The position numbers and the translations under genes were made by a program. A stretch of 37,030 bases of DNA from a virus (lineage: Duplodnaviria > Heunggongvirae > Uroviricota > Caudoviricetes). Below, in pieces: positions 1 to 10,108 of the stretch. The DNA is taken from IMG/VR virus record IMGVR_UViG_2861069343_000007, positions 1-37,030 of that record. The stretch is one strand, 5' to 3'. The stretch's first letter is position 1. Each line of letters begins with the position of its first letter. The notes beneath the pieces were generated by a model that saw only the letters and a list, made by a program, of their open reading frames with translations, was not told the origin of the DNA and did no database searches.

Positions 1-258
1 ATGCAAACCGTTATTTTTGGTCGTTCGGGTTGCCCTTACTGTGTGCGTGCAAAAGATCTGGCTGAGAAATTGAGCAATGAACGCGATGATTTTCAGTATC
101 AGTATGTAGATATTCGTGCGGAAGGGATCACTAAAGAAGATCTACAACAAAAGGCAGGTAAACCCGTAGAAACCGTGCCGCAGATTTTTGTCGATCAGCA
201 ACATATCGGCGGCTATACCGATTTTGCTGCATGGGTGAAAGAAAATCTGGACGCCTGA
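1..258 (+). CDS. grxA: Glutaredoxin 1
   Basis: 85 aa; CPYC redox active site (GCPYCVRAKDLA); translation recognised as E. coli glutaredoxin 1. Confidence 0.93.
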   Translation: MQTVIFGRSGCPYCVRAKDLAEKLSNERDDFQYQYVDIRAEGITKEDLQQKAGKPVETVPQIFVDQQHIGGYTDFAAWVKENLDA

Positions 259-287
259 TCGTCTGACAAGCCCTCGCGTTGAGGGCT

Positions 288-665
288 TTACTGATTTTTT
301 CTGTGCTGTGGTTTAAACAAACTACTGATAAATAAGAAACACAGTGCCCCCAGCGCACACCAGAACACCGCGCTTAGTAACCATGCCAGCTCTTGCCAGA
401 ATGAGCGCGTCGGTGAAAAAAACAGCCGCATAATGAGCATCGAACAGGGTGCCGCCAGCATTGCGCCAAACAGAGGTTTCAGGACTTCTCTACGCTGTGA
501 AAAGAAGCTGGCGACTGCTCCAGGAAGAATGAAAAATAGCAAGCCGATTTCAGGATGCCCGGCAGCCCGAAAAGCGCCTTTCATGTGCGTCGCCAGAAAA
601 AGGCACACCACAATGAAGAGGACAAAACAGCAGATTGCCCCCGCCCAACGTTGTTTATGTTTCAC
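288..665 (-). CDS. ybjM: Inner membrane protein YbjM
   Basis: 125 aa, strongly hydrophobic with several predicted TM segments; position between grxA and ybjL matches the E. coli K-12 gene order. Confidence 0.8.
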   Translation of the reverse strand: MKHKQRWAGAICCFVLFIVVCLFLATHMKGAFRAAGHPEIGLLFFILPGAVASFFSQRREVLKPLFGAMLAAPCSMLIMRLFFSPTRSFWQELAWLLSAVFWCALGALCFLFISSLFKPQHRKNQ

Positions 666-934
666 TCGTTCCTCCTGACACTGCGTCTATCGAACACATT
701 TTTCGCCAGTGTGGCGTTCAGTAAGATAAAGCCGCTTCGCATTCCATGCTAATATAGGCCAACGCAATTCATATAGCCGTTGATACCTAATGTGATTACA
801 CTAGTAAAATATATTGTTACTTTACTATCGTTTAGGTGCGCTGAATGAATCTGCGCCCTGAATTCTGGTAAAAAACATTATCGTAAATTACCATTTCTTT
901 CAACAGCTTACTAGTAAACAAGAAGTTAGCCTCC

Positions 935-2620
935 GTGAATATAAACGTCGCCGAATTGTTAAATGGGAATTACATTCTGTTATTATTTGTGGTCCTCGCG
1001 CTTGGGCTATGTCTCGGAAAGTTACGACTTGGTTCGATCCAACTGGGTAATTCCATTGGCGTTTTAGTCGTATCGCTGTTATTAGGCCAACAACATTTCA
1101 GCATTAACACCGATGCGCTTAATCTTGGCTTTATGCTGTTTATTTTCTGCGTCGGGGTCGAAGCCGGACCGAACTTTTTTTCCATTTTTTTTCGCGATGG
1201 GAAAAATTACCTAATGTTAGCACTGGTGATGGTTGGCAGTGCGCTGGTGATCGCCTTAGGGTTAGGTAAGCTGTTTGGCTGGGATATTGGCCTGACGGCC
1301 GGTATGTTAGCAGGCTCTATGACGTCGACACCGGTTCTGGTCGGTGCTGGCGATACACTGCGTCATTCCGGCATGGAAAGCAGGCAGCTCTCACTGGCAC
1401 TGGATAATCTGAGCCTCGGGTATGCCTTAACCTATTTAATCGGTCTGGTGAGTTTGATTGTTGGTGCGCGTTACTTGCCGAAATTGCAGCATCAGGACTT
1501 ACAGACCAGCGCCCAGCAAATCGCCCGCGAACGTGGCCTGGACACTGATGCCAACCGTAAGGTTTATTTACCGGTGATCCGCGCCTATCGCGTCGGCCCG
1601 GAACTGGTGGCCTGGACCGACGGCAAAAATCTGCGTGAACTGGGTATTTATCGACAAACCGGCTGCTACATTGAACGTATTCGACGTAACGGGATTCTGG
1701 CAAATCCAGACGGTGATGCCGTGCTACAAATGGGCGATGAAATAGCGTTGGTAGGCTATCCCGACGCCCATGCCCGACTCGATCCCAGCTTCCGTAACGG
1801 TAAAGAAGTTTTCGATCGTGACCTTCTCGACATGCGTATCGTCACTGAAGAAGTGGTCGTTAAAAACCATAACGCTGTAGGTAAACGTCTCGCACAACTG
1901 AAGTTGACCGATCACGGTTGCTTCCTTAACCGCGTCATTCGTAGCCAGATTGAGATGCCGATAGATGACAACGTCGTGCTTAACAAAGGTGACGTTTTAC
2001 AAGTCAGCGGCGATGCCCGCCGCGTAAAAACCATCGCCGATCGCATCGGCTTTATCTCGATTCACAGCCAGGTCACTGACCTGCTGGCATTCTGCGCCTT
2101 CTTTGTTATTGGGCTGATGATCGGGATGATCACCTTCCAGTTCAGCACATTCAGTTTCGGCATGGGGAACGCTGCCGGGTTGTTATTCGCCGGAATTATG
2201 CTGGGCTTTATGCGTGCTAACCACCCGACCTTCGGTTACATTCCGCAAGGTGCATTAAGCATGGTGAAAGAGTTCGGCTTGATGGTGTTTATGGCAGGCG
2301 TTGGTCTGAGCGCCGGTAGCGGTATTAATAACGGCCTGGGCGCGATTGGCGGTCAGATGTTGATTGCCGGATTAATTGTCAGTCTTGTGCCCGTGGTTAT
2401 CTGTTTCTTGTTCGGTGCTTATGTATTGCGAATGAACCGCGCACTGTTGTTCGGCGCAATGATGGGCGCACGCACCTGCGCGCCGGCAATGGAGATCATC
2501 AGTGATACAGCTCGCAGTAACATCCCTGCGCTGGGCTATGCGGGCACCTACGCAATCGCCAACGTCCTGCTGACGCTGGCAGGGACAATCATCGTCATGG
2601 TATGGCCAGGATTAGGATAA
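935..2620 (+). CDS. ybjL: Putative transporter YbjL (AAE family, duplicated membrane domains with central TrkA-C-like region)
   Basis: 561 aa; hydrophobic N- and C-terminal halves around a soluble middle; recognised as E. coli YbjL. Confidence 0.9.
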
Positions 2621-2732
2621 AACTGAAGTTGCCCTGAAAATGAAATTTTTTTGCACAACCGCAGAACTTTTCCGCAGGGCATCAGTCTTAATTAGTGCCA
2701 CTGCTTTTCTTTGATGTCCCCATTTTGTGGAG

Positions 2733-2776
2733 CCCATCAACCCCGCCATTTCGGTTCAAGGTTGATGGGTTTTTTG
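2733..2776 (+). terminator. Rho-independent terminator-like hairpin downstream of ybjL
   Basis: 10-bp stem cccatcaacc / ggttgatggg (2733..2742, 2760..2769) followed by tttttt (2770..2775). Confidence 0.5.
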
Positions 2777-2855
2777 TTGCCTGAAATTTAAGCTATTTAA
2801 AATCATGATGTTAGAAACACTGTTTTTTAACGATGGCGACAAAATGGCGGCAGCG

Positions 2856-3074
2856 TCAAAGAGAGAGCGCCACCTGTCCTGATTTCATTGGATGCGGCTG
2901 AACCGGATTTGACTCTTTTGGCGTTGCAATCGAACGAACAAAAGTTTCATGGGTAACAAAAGTATGGCTGCAGTTAATGTTCTGGCACTGGTTGTAACGC
3001 TCTTTGGTCAATGAAGATACCTGAAAACTGCTGCGAGTATGGGCGGCACTTCCACACAGTGGGCAAATCATCAT
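2856..3074 (-). CDS. ogr: Ogr/Delta-family zinc-finger late-gene activator (P2 Ogr / 186 B)
   Basis: CPLCGSAAH...CQNINCSHTF zinc-finger pattern typical of Ogr; start likely at the internal MM (3074 or 3071) rather than ORF-track 3107. Confidence 0.85.
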   Translation of the reverse strand: MMICPLCGSAAHTRSSFQVSSLTKERYNQCQNINCSHTFVTHETFVRSIATPKESNPVQPHPMKSGQVALSL

Positions 3075-3164
3075 TTTTCGAGCTCTCCCCATTTTTGCTA
3101 AATTCACAATAATGATACCGCATTATTCTATTTTTCAAACTTAAAAGTTCTCCATTGCGAAGAA

Positions 3165-4265
3165 TCATTCCATTTCGAAATCATCAATCCTCACTTCAAG
3201 CTCCAGACTGGTCGTAAAACCGTTATCCGGGCTGACGGTATGCGTCAGAGTCGTAATGGTCCATTCCGCATCATCTATCGGCTGTTTAAAGCCACTGACT
3301 TTCACTGGCATTTCCGTGTAGAGATCTGCCCGCCCTTCCGCCAGTTGTAGCGAGAATGACGCAACGCCGCGTTGCAGGCGTTCCCACTGCATTTTCGCTG
3401 CCCGTTCGGCGTTACTCCGATTAGCATAGGTGCGATTAAGTACCAGCACGTTTTCATCCGTACCCACCAGGTAATCGCCCTGCTTCGCTTCCGGCTCTTT
3501 CTTCTGCTTCTTAGTCCTGCGCTTACGCTTCACCGTGGTGCTTTCTTTCTTCGCGGGTTCGCGGGTATGCAACCAGCTGGCAATTATGCCCGTATAGGCT
3601 CCGCGATCTGCCAGGGTAAAGCGGTGACTGTCGCCGTCCTTACGTGTGATAGTGATCACCGGCAGTGGTTTACCGCTGGCACTTTTGCCCTGTCCCTGCC
3701 GGATGAATAACAGATTGCCATTTTTCACCGACGCAATAGCACCGTACTGGCGCGCCAGCCGCATCAGAAAACTACCGTCACTCTCATTAGTCTGGTCTAT
3801 ATGCTCCACGAGCTTATCCGACAGGTCTTTACCCAGTACCATCTTCAGCTTGTGCCGCGCGGCTATCTCCTTCACCACTTCCCCAATGGTGGTCTTGTGC
3901 CACGATTTTTCACGGCGGGTATTCAGCGTTTCCCGAAAATCAGCACTTCGCGCCCGGATAGTCAGGCGGTCCGGTGCGCCAGTGTGTTCAATCTCGTCCA
4001 CTGTGAATGCCCCTTTCGGGAAAAGCGGCTGCCCCTTCCAGCCCAGCGCCAGCGTAATGACCGCACCACGGCGCGGCAGCACGATTTTTCCGTCAGCGTC
4101 ATCCAACTCCAGATCAAGCTGGTCCGCTTCAAAGCCCCGGTTATCCGTCAGCGTCAAACTCATCAGGCGGTTATCCAGCACAGTGGTGATATCCCTGCCC
4201 TCAATACTGATGCTGAATGCGGGAGTTTTGTTGCCTTTGTTAAGCAGTTCTGAGCTGAAATTCAC
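3165..4265 (-). CDS. D: Tail protein gpD (late control D)
   Basis: 366 aa; position and similarity to P2 gpD; 4-nt overlap with gpU. Confidence 0.85.
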   Translation of the reverse strand: MNFSSELLNKGNKTPAFSISIEGRDITTVLDNRLMSLTLTDNRGFEADQLDLELDDADGKIVLPRRGAVITLALGWKGQPLFPKGAFTVDEIEHTGAPDRLTIRARSADFRETLNTRREKSWHKTTIGEVVKEIAARHKLKMVLGKDLSDKLVEHIDQTNESDGSFLMRLARQYGAIASVKNGNLLFIRQGQGKSASGKPLPVITITRKDGDSHRFTLADRGAYTGIIASWLHTREPAKKESTTVKRKRRTKKQKKEPEAKQGDYLVGTDENVLVLNRTYANRSNAERAAKMQWERLQRGVASFSLQLAEGRADLYTEMPVKVSGFKQPIDDAEWTITTLTHTVSPDNGFTTSLELEVRIDDFEME

Positions 4266-4747
4266 GACAGCAGCCCTCCCACCGTTTTACTGATATCGCT
4301 TAAGGCAGATGTTGCCGTTTCCTGCAGATTATTCAGTTGCGCACTGAGATCACCGAACATATCGGACAGGGATTCATCCACCCGTTTGAGCGACAGGGTG
4401 AACTCAATCCGGCGCGGCATACCGTCGCGGAAAAACTCCGTTTTAGTCTGATTCAGTCCCTCAATCACATACATGCCATAAATCGTGCCGCTGCCTTCAA
4501 TCAGGGGCCATGCTTTCCCCTGTTCTGCCATCTGCTCCAGTGCCAGCAACGACAGCCTGCCACCTGTTATCTCCGGCATAAGAACACCAGAAAGCGTCAG
4601 CATGTCGTTGTCCGGTCCCAGAAACTGCGTGGACGGACGTCGGTTTACCCGGCTGTTTGCCGCATGTCGCCAGCTGCGTTGATACTGCAGCTCCTGATAC
4701 GGCACGGTGCGCAGCATAAACACGTACAATCCCAGCACCATCATCAT
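4262..4747 (-). CDS. U: Tail protein gpU
   Basis: 161 aa; P2 gpU-like; overlapping stop/start with T and D. Confidence 0.85.
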   Translation of the reverse strand: MMMVLGLYVFMLRTVPYQELQYQRSWRHAANSRVNRRPSTQFLGPDNDMLTLSGVLMPEITGGRLSLLALEQMAEQGKAWPLIEGSGTIYGMYVIEGLNQTKTEFFRDGMPRRIEFTLSLKRVDESLSDMFGDLSAQLNNLQETATSALSDISKTVGGLLS

Positions 4748-7700
4748 GCGTCGTATCCCCCCTGATCGCTGTAGTTACTCCTGGCTTTTGCCTTCAGCCT
4801 GCGTTCACGTTCATCAAGCTGGCGGGCCACCTCCCGCGCAATATCCTGCGCACTTTGTCCTGGCTGCGTCTGGATGATGATCTGCGTCGGTGCCTCAATC
4901 CGGTGAACGGGCGGTACAGTGGCTGCACGACTCACCATCGCTTCGCCGCCTTTCGCGGGAAGTGCCAAAGGATGCAACGGTGGAAGCTCTGCAGGCGCGG
5001 CAGCAACGCCCATCATTCCGGCAACAACGGCAGCCAGTGCAGCTGTATTTCTCCGGCTGGTCACATTTGCCGGGCCGTTAACAATTTCCGGCCCGTTTTC
5101 ACCGACGATGCCAAACTGCCCGCGCGGGATATAGCCGCCGCTGTCATACATCCCCGCAAAGCCATATCCCCATGACGGAAAACCACCCGATGGCATCATC
5201 ACTTTACCGTCTGCATTCACCGTCGCAGGTTGCTGACGCGTCACTCTTTCCGGCAGTTTCGCCTTTGCAGCCTCTTTACTGACAATGCCGAGTTTCTCCA
5301 GCAACCAGGAAACGCCGGATTTCAGGGAGTCCAGCGGATGCATGACCATATTCAGCCCTTCCGCCAGTGCCTCCCCGAATCGTCGCCCCATTGCCGCTGC
5401 GCTCTGCAGTTCGGCAGAGGTCGACTTAACGGGCGTCAGCAGATCAGTAAACCAGCCCCACAACGCCTGCACTTTGTCGCCAATCCACTGAAACACAGGC
5501 TTAAGTGGTTCGAATGCTGCACTGATGGGACCTGCCGCCGCTTTGAATCCTTCCACCACACCAGCGAGAAATGCGGTGATGGGTTGCCAGTATTTCCAGA
5601 CAACCAGCGCCACGCCCGCCAGTGCAGTAACCACAAGACCTATCGGACTGAGCAGAGCACCTAACAGACCAGATATGGCATACAGGGCAACGCGCAGCAT
5701 CGCCAGCGGACCGGATGCCAGTACTCGCAGCACCGCGCCTGCGGCAGCCAGTCCACCGCGTAGTGCTGCCAGTGGATTCATAAACATCACAGCAACAGCA
5801 CGTAAACCGGATAATCCAGACCGCAAAAGTGCAACCGGCGCACCTGCTACAGTTTTCAGGACATTTCCCGTCAGTGATGCCGTGCGGCGCAAAGACGACA
5901 ACGGCGCAGTAAGTAAACCTGCGGCGTTGCCCGATGAAGCAAGCCCGCGTCGCAGCAGTGCCAGTGGTGCGCCAGCCATCCAGAACAACGCGTTGCTGGT
6001 TCGGGTTACTGCTGCCGTAACGGAAGGTAACGTTTTGATACCCAGCACAGAGAATCCCAGACGGATGACTGCCAGCGGCCCCAGCACTGCAGCCAACGCC
6101 ACCGCTAAGGTGCCGAGGCCTACGGTAACCGCAGCCACAACAGCGGCTACTTTCATCAATGTGCCCGTCAGTTCCGGGTTAGCTTCCACCCAGCGACGCA
6201 ACGCTCCCGTAACGCTTTTCACCGTGTACAGAATATCCATCAGCGGCTGGCGCAGCGTTTCGCCCAGGCTGCTGAAGGTGTTCTGCGCTCCGGTTTTGAC
6301 CAGCAACCACTGAGCAGAAAGTGAGTCTTTGTTGATGTCGGATTCTTTCTGCATGGAACCGAGCGCATCATTGCCCGCTGTCAGTTTTAGCTGGCGCTGC
6401 AGTTCCGGAAGGTTGTTTGCCAGTTTCGCCGCGTCATCGCCAAACTCTTTACCAAACAACATGGTCATGGCAGACAGACGCTTATCCTGCGGCAGTGCGT
6501 TTACCTTCTCCAGCACACGCTGGATAGTTCCCATCGCATCCTTCGTCATCTGCTTTTCAATCACTTCAGGATTGAGTTTCAGCAGATTCATCCCTTCAAA
6601 GAAACTCTTGCTCTGCATGGTGGCAATAGACAATTCTCGCACCATCGCGTTTGCTGCACTGGCTGCAACCTCCGGCGCAGCGCCCAGTGTCAGGAAGGTG
6701 GAACCCAGCGCCGCCGCTTTACGATAATCCAGACGGTCAGCCACCCCGCCCAGACGTTGCATCACATCAATGATGTCCGCCCCTTTCGACATGGCGTTAT
6801 CATCCAGATAGTTCAGCGCATCGCCGAGCTGTTCAATATTGCGGGTAGGTATTTTGTAGAGCTGGGCGATTTTCCCCAGACTTTCTGACAGTTCATCCGC
6901 TGGCAGCTCAAAGGCTGTTGCCGCCTTTGCTGCCGTACTGGCGAAGGCCAGCAGGTCACGCTTCTGGTCTTCCCAGCTGTCGTCAGGGTTTGCGACGTTC
7001 ATGCGCGCCCCACCTTCAACCAGTGCGGCGAAGTCCACAGCACCGTTTTCCATCGGCAACTGTTCGCTGGCAGCCTTGATGGCACCCTGCATTTCGTAAA
7101 AACGCGCGGTGCGGTTGCCATTATCGTCACGCAGACCACTGACCTGCTTTGCCACACCTTTCATGGCATCTTCCATGCTGGTATAGCTTTTTACTGCCGC
7201 CATCACTGGCGCGCCCATTGCCAGCCCTGCCGCCGTGGTGGTGGCTCCGGCACCTGCAATACGATCACGTACCTCCAGCGAACGGGCATAACTGGCACGC
7301 GCCGCATTCATCCTGCGCTGAGCTTCCCCCAGTCGCTTCAGCCGCGCCTCCTGTTTCGACAATTCCTGGTTATAACGGGATGTTTCACGGGCTAAACGGG
7401 CAGTTGCTCCCGCATCATCTTTCGCAGAAATTCCCGCCCGGTACAGTTCTGCACGCACAAGCGCCGTTTGCTTCTGCAAATATTTTTGTTGTTCTTCCAG
7501 GCGTTGGACTGCCAGCGTTTGCCGACCTAAAGCCACAAGGTGCCGTTGTGATGGTTGTTCCATCGCCTCCAGCTCAGAGCTAAGCAATTTAGCCTTCTGT
7601 CTGGCATAGTTCAGCCTGTCGCCTAACTTCTTGTTATCGGCCTGCAGCTTGCGAAATTTTTCCAGGCTGTTACCCGCCTGATTGAGTTGCTTTAATGCGT

Positions 7701-7821
7701 CACGGGAGTTTCTGATTGCGCCAGCCAGCTCTTTCGAACTGGCCTGTGCAGCACGGAATGGGCGGGTGAGTTTGTCAACCGCATTAAGAATGACCTGCAG
7801 GCGCAGGTTATTATCACTCAT
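4744..7821 (-). CDS. T: Tail tape measure protein gpT
   Basis: 1025 aa; coiled-coil N-terminal part, Ala/Gly-rich hydrophobic middle, typical tape measure. Confidence 0.9.
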   Translation of the reverse strand: MSDNNLRLQVILNAVDKLTRPFRAAQASSKELAGAIRNSRDALKQLNQAGNSLEKFRKLQADNKKLGDRLNYARQKAKLLSSELEAMEQPSQRHLVALGRQTLAVQRLEEQQKYLQKQTALVRAELYRAGISAKDDAGATARLARETSRYNQELSKQEARLKRLGEAQRRMNAARASYARSLEVRDRIAGAGATTTAAGLAMGAPVMAAVKSYTSMEDAMKGVAKQVSGLRDDNGNRTARFYEMQGAIKAASEQLPMENGAVDFAALVEGGARMNVANPDDSWEDQKRDLLAFASTAAKAATAFELPADELSESLGKIAQLYKIPTRNIEQLGDALNYLDDNAMSKGADIIDVMQRLGGVADRLDYRKAAALGSTFLTLGAAPEVAASAANAMVRELSIATMQSKSFFEGMNLLKLNPEVIEKQMTKDAMGTIQRVLEKVNALPQDKRLSAMTMLFGKEFGDDAAKLANNLPELQRQLKLTAGNDALGSMQKESDINKDSLSAQWLLVKTGAQNTFSSLGETLRQPLMDILYTVKSVTGALRRWVEANPELTGTLMKVAAVVAAVTVGLGTLAVALAAVLGPLAVIRLGFSVLGIKTLPSVTAAVTRTSNALFWMAGAPLALLRRGLASSGNAAGLLTAPLSSLRRTASLTGNVLKTVAGAPVALLRSGLSGLRAVAVMFMNPLAALRGGLAAAGAVLRVLASGPLAMLRVALYAISGLLGALLSPIGLVVTALAGVALVVWKYWQPITAFLAGVVEGFKAAAGPISAAFEPLKPVFQWIGDKVQALWGWFTDLLTPVKSTSAELQSAAAMGRRFGEALAEGLNMVMHPLDSLKSGVSWLLEKLGIVSKEAAKAKLPERVTRQQPATVNADGKVMMPSGGFPSWGYGFAGMYDSGGYIPRGQFGIVGENGPEIVNGPANVTSRRNTAALAAVVAGMMGVAAAPAELPPLHPLALPAKGGEAMVSRAATVPPVHRIEAPTQIIIQTQPGQSAQDIAREVARQLDERERRLKAKARSNYSDQGGYDA

Positions 7822-8250
7822 CGTTGGCCCCGCTTCTCTGAATCGCTTTATACCGCCATTCCAGCACTTCGGTCAGCGGCATAACGTCAGTAACGGATGG
7901 CGGCCAGTGAAAGATGGTGGCGATATCAGCCACCAGATCGTCAACCGTCAGGCTGTCGGTAAACCGGCAAGCACCGACTTCTTCAACAAAAAAGTGACAA
8001 CCTCAACCGACATGGCAGTGAGATCTGCCGGGTCCATCTCTGCAATTTCCTGTGCAGTCAGTGCCGGACTGGAGATGCGGGGGATCACGGTCATCATCGC
8101 GTTCACATCCATATCCATAATGGCCTGCAGGCGTGTACCGCGCAGCGCACCGGACTGCGGTTTACGCAGCACAATTTCGGTAATTTCTGTTTTACCGCGC
8201 TTGATAGGGGTATCCAGTTGAATGGTCTTTTCAGTCTGCTTATCGCTCAT
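7814..8250 (-). CDS. E': gpE+E' fusion made by programmed -1 frameshift
   Basis: Hand translation of the -1 frame after TTTTTTG (plus-strand 7987..7993) gives an open extension VEEVGACRFTDSLTVDDLVADIATIFHWPPSVTDVMPLTEVLEWRYKAIQRSGANDE ending at TGA overlapping the T start (ATGAGTGA). Confidence 0.7.
7948..8250 (-). CDS. E: Tail assembly chaperone gpE
   Basis: 100 aa; ends ...VTFLLKKSVLAGLPTA; contains slippery heptamer TTTTTTG near the 3' end. Confidence 0.85.
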   Translation of the reverse strand: MSDKQTEKTIQLDTPIKRGKTEITEIVLRKPQSGALRGTRLQAIMDMDVNAMMTVIPRISSPALTAQEIAEMDPADLTAMSVEVVTFLLKKSVLAGLPTA

Positions 8251-8304
8251 TTTGTTGTCCTGTAAATTGGGTTCTGGCGCGGAATCCCGCGCCGTTCAGA
8301 TACA

Positions 8305-8820
8305 TCAGAGGCCGAGGGCGTTGCGGTGCGCTTCCATCAGGTCCACACCGTCCACAATTTCCACCATGTTGATAAGGTCCACTTCATAGAGCACCTCACC
8401 ATTGATGGTCAGCTTCGCGTAGCTGTTGGTACTGGTCACTTTGGTGGTGTTGCTTTCGCCCGTCTTCCACTCACCGGAATCCACTTCTTTGTGACGTCCA
8501 CGCACCACAAGCTCCACGGCCTGCACTTCCCCGGTATCGTCACGCTGGATAGAGCCGGTAAAGCGCAACTGGATGCCATCCACCGTGGATTTGCCCATCT
8601 GCTTAAACAGCAGCAGTTCGGTACCACCAATGGAAAATTCTGTGTCCAGCGCACTATCATCCAGCCCCAGATCCACATCCACTGCACCCGGCATTCCGCC
8701 ACCGCGATACTTCTCATATTTGCGGGTGAATTTCGGCAGCGTCAGCGACTCAACGATCCCCTGCCAGTTGTTCCCGTCGTTAAACAGGTTCAGGTGTTTT
8801 AATTTGCGTGGTAAAGCCAT
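8305..8820 (-). CDS. FII: Tail tube protein gpFII
   Basis: 171 aa; P2 FII-like; follows the sheath gene. Confidence 0.85.
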   Translation of the reverse strand: MALPRKLKHLNLFNDGNNWQGIVESLTLPKFTRKYEKYRGGGMPGAVDVDLGLDDSALDTEFSIGGTELLLFKQMGKSTVDGIQLRFTGSIQRDDTGEVQAVELVVRGRHKEVDSGEWKTGESNTTKVTSTNSYAKLTINGEVLYEVDLINMVEIVDGVDLMEAHRNALGL

Positions 8821-8829
8821 GTTGTCCCC

Positions 8830-10002
8830 TTACGCGCTGACCTGGCTGGAGAAATTCACCAGGTACTGATCGGTGATGCGCTGACGCAGCATCAGGTTTT
8901 CAAGTGGCGGCACTGGTGTGTAGTCGTAGTCGATGGTGAGTTTTCCAGCTTTCAGAGTGTCTTTATCGTTCACCGACTCATCCAGCCAGCAATCGCCACC
9001 AATGAGATAGCCCTGACTGATCAGGCTGCGCATTTTGGCGCGGATACCTTCGATAATGTCGCGGGCCAGCGACGGATTCAGCGGTTTGTCGACCGCCCAC
9101 ATTGGCGCTTCTGCCATCGTGTCCATCAGCACCTGCGCCGTGCGGGTGTAGTTTTCGAAGGCAAAGAGTGGGTCATCACTCAGGCAGCGGGAACCCCAGA
9201 AGCGGAAACCGTCTTTGCGGATAAGCGTGGTAACGTCGTTCTGGTTAAGCAGACCTGCATCGGTTGCCGGGTCCTGCAGATCCCAGAACACATCTGCAGA
9301 AATTCCGGTGACACCGTTCACGCCCACGTTGGACAGGCTTTTGTGCCACCCGGTTTGCTCATCAATTTTGGCACGCAGACCAAGCGCACGGGCGGTGGCA
9401 TATGCCGTTGCGTCGGCATTCAGCACCGTGTCCCAGCCAGTAAAGTCGGGCCAGATCAGCATCCCTTCACGCTGGCTGAAGTTTTTACGGTAAGTGATTG
9501 CTTCCTGCACCGTCTTGCAACCATACGCTGACAGGTAAGCAAACCCACGCAGGCTTTGCGCCACGCCCAGCAACTCAGTAGCAACGGCTTTGTTATCGTG
9601 CCCCGGCACGCCGAGAATGCGCGGTTTAACACCGAGCTGTGACTGGGCAGATAACAGGGCTTTCATACCAGTTTTTTTACCTTCAGCAGTCACTGCGCCG
9701 ATGATATTGGTCGTGGTTTCTTCTTCCGTTTCACCCTGCGGCACACGCACAACAACGGTCACGGGTTTTGCCTGGTCAGCGATGGCATCCAGCGAACGGG
9801 CCAGCGTACCTGACTCACCCGCTTTACCGCTGGCAGTAAGCACATCAGTGATCAGCACGGGTTTATTAAGAGGGAACATTTTTGCATCGGCATCATCGCC
9901 CGTGCAGACCATGCCCACGATGGCGGTGCTCACCGTAGTAATGGATCGAGTGCCTTCGTTGACTTCAACAACGCGCACTCCGTGGTGGTAATCCTGAGCC
10001 AT
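8830..10002 (-). CDS. FI: Contractile tail sheath protein gpFI
   Basis: 390 aa; P2 FI-like. Confidence 0.9.
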   Translation of the reverse strand: MAQDYHHGVRVVEVNEGTRSITTVSTAIVGMVCTGDDADAKMFPLNKPVLITDVLTASGKAGESGTLARSLDAIADQAKPVTVVVRVPQGETEEETTTNIIGAVTAEGKKTGMKALLSAQSQLGVKPRILGVPGHDNKAVATELLGVAQSLRGFAYLSAYGCKTVQEAITYRKNFSQREGMLIWPDFTGWDTVLNADATAYATARALGLRAKIDEQTGWHKSLSNVGVNGVTGISADVFWDLQDPATDAGLLNQNDVTTLIRKDGFRFWGSRCLSDDPLFAFENYTRTAQVLMDTMAEAPMWAVDKPLNPSLARDIIEGIRAKMRSLISQGYLIGGDCWLDESVNDKDTLKAGKLTIDYDYTPVPPLENLMLRQRITDQYLVNFSSQVSA

Positions 10003-10078
10003 AGTGGCGAACCTCCTGATTGGATTAGGCTTCGCCCTATGTTGAAGTGATTGTGTCTGACAAGCAGCTAAGCGCAGT

Positions 10079-10096
10079 TGTACCGTTATTCACACA
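10079..10096 (-). promoter_or_regulatory. Ogr-type late promoter activator site (TGT-N12-ACA) upstream of FI
   Basis: tgtaccgttattcacaca, in the G/FI intergenic region about 80 bp upstream of the FI start. Confidence 0.55.
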
Positions 10097-10108
10097 AAAT
10101 GACGGTAT

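Noticed and set aside
433-752. Plus-strand ORFs of 81 and 65 aa overlapping ybjM
   Set aside because: Antisense to ybjM, Arg-rich translation, no independent support.
2621-2855. Search for a tRNA gene at the prophage junction
   Set aside because: No cloverleaf-compatible sequence or conserved tRNA elements (GTTC-type T-loop with matching acceptor stem) were seen by eye; the insertion appears to be in a non-tRNA site.
2974-3168. 64-aa minus-strand ORF overlapping ogr and the D/ogr spacer
   Set aside because: Overlaps the well-supported ogr zinc-finger gene in another frame.
3646-4293. 215-aa and 150-aa plus-strand ORFs overlapping gpD
   Set aside because: Antisense to a well-supported tail gene; low-complexity Ser/Arg-rich translation; no ribosome-binding site.
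5525-6313. 262-aa plus-strand ORF (and several 60-140 aa neighbours) within 4744..7821
   Set aside because: Lie entirely inside the tape measure gene on the opposite strand; Ala/Pro/Ser/Thr-rich composition typical of shadow ORFs in GC-rich coding DNA.
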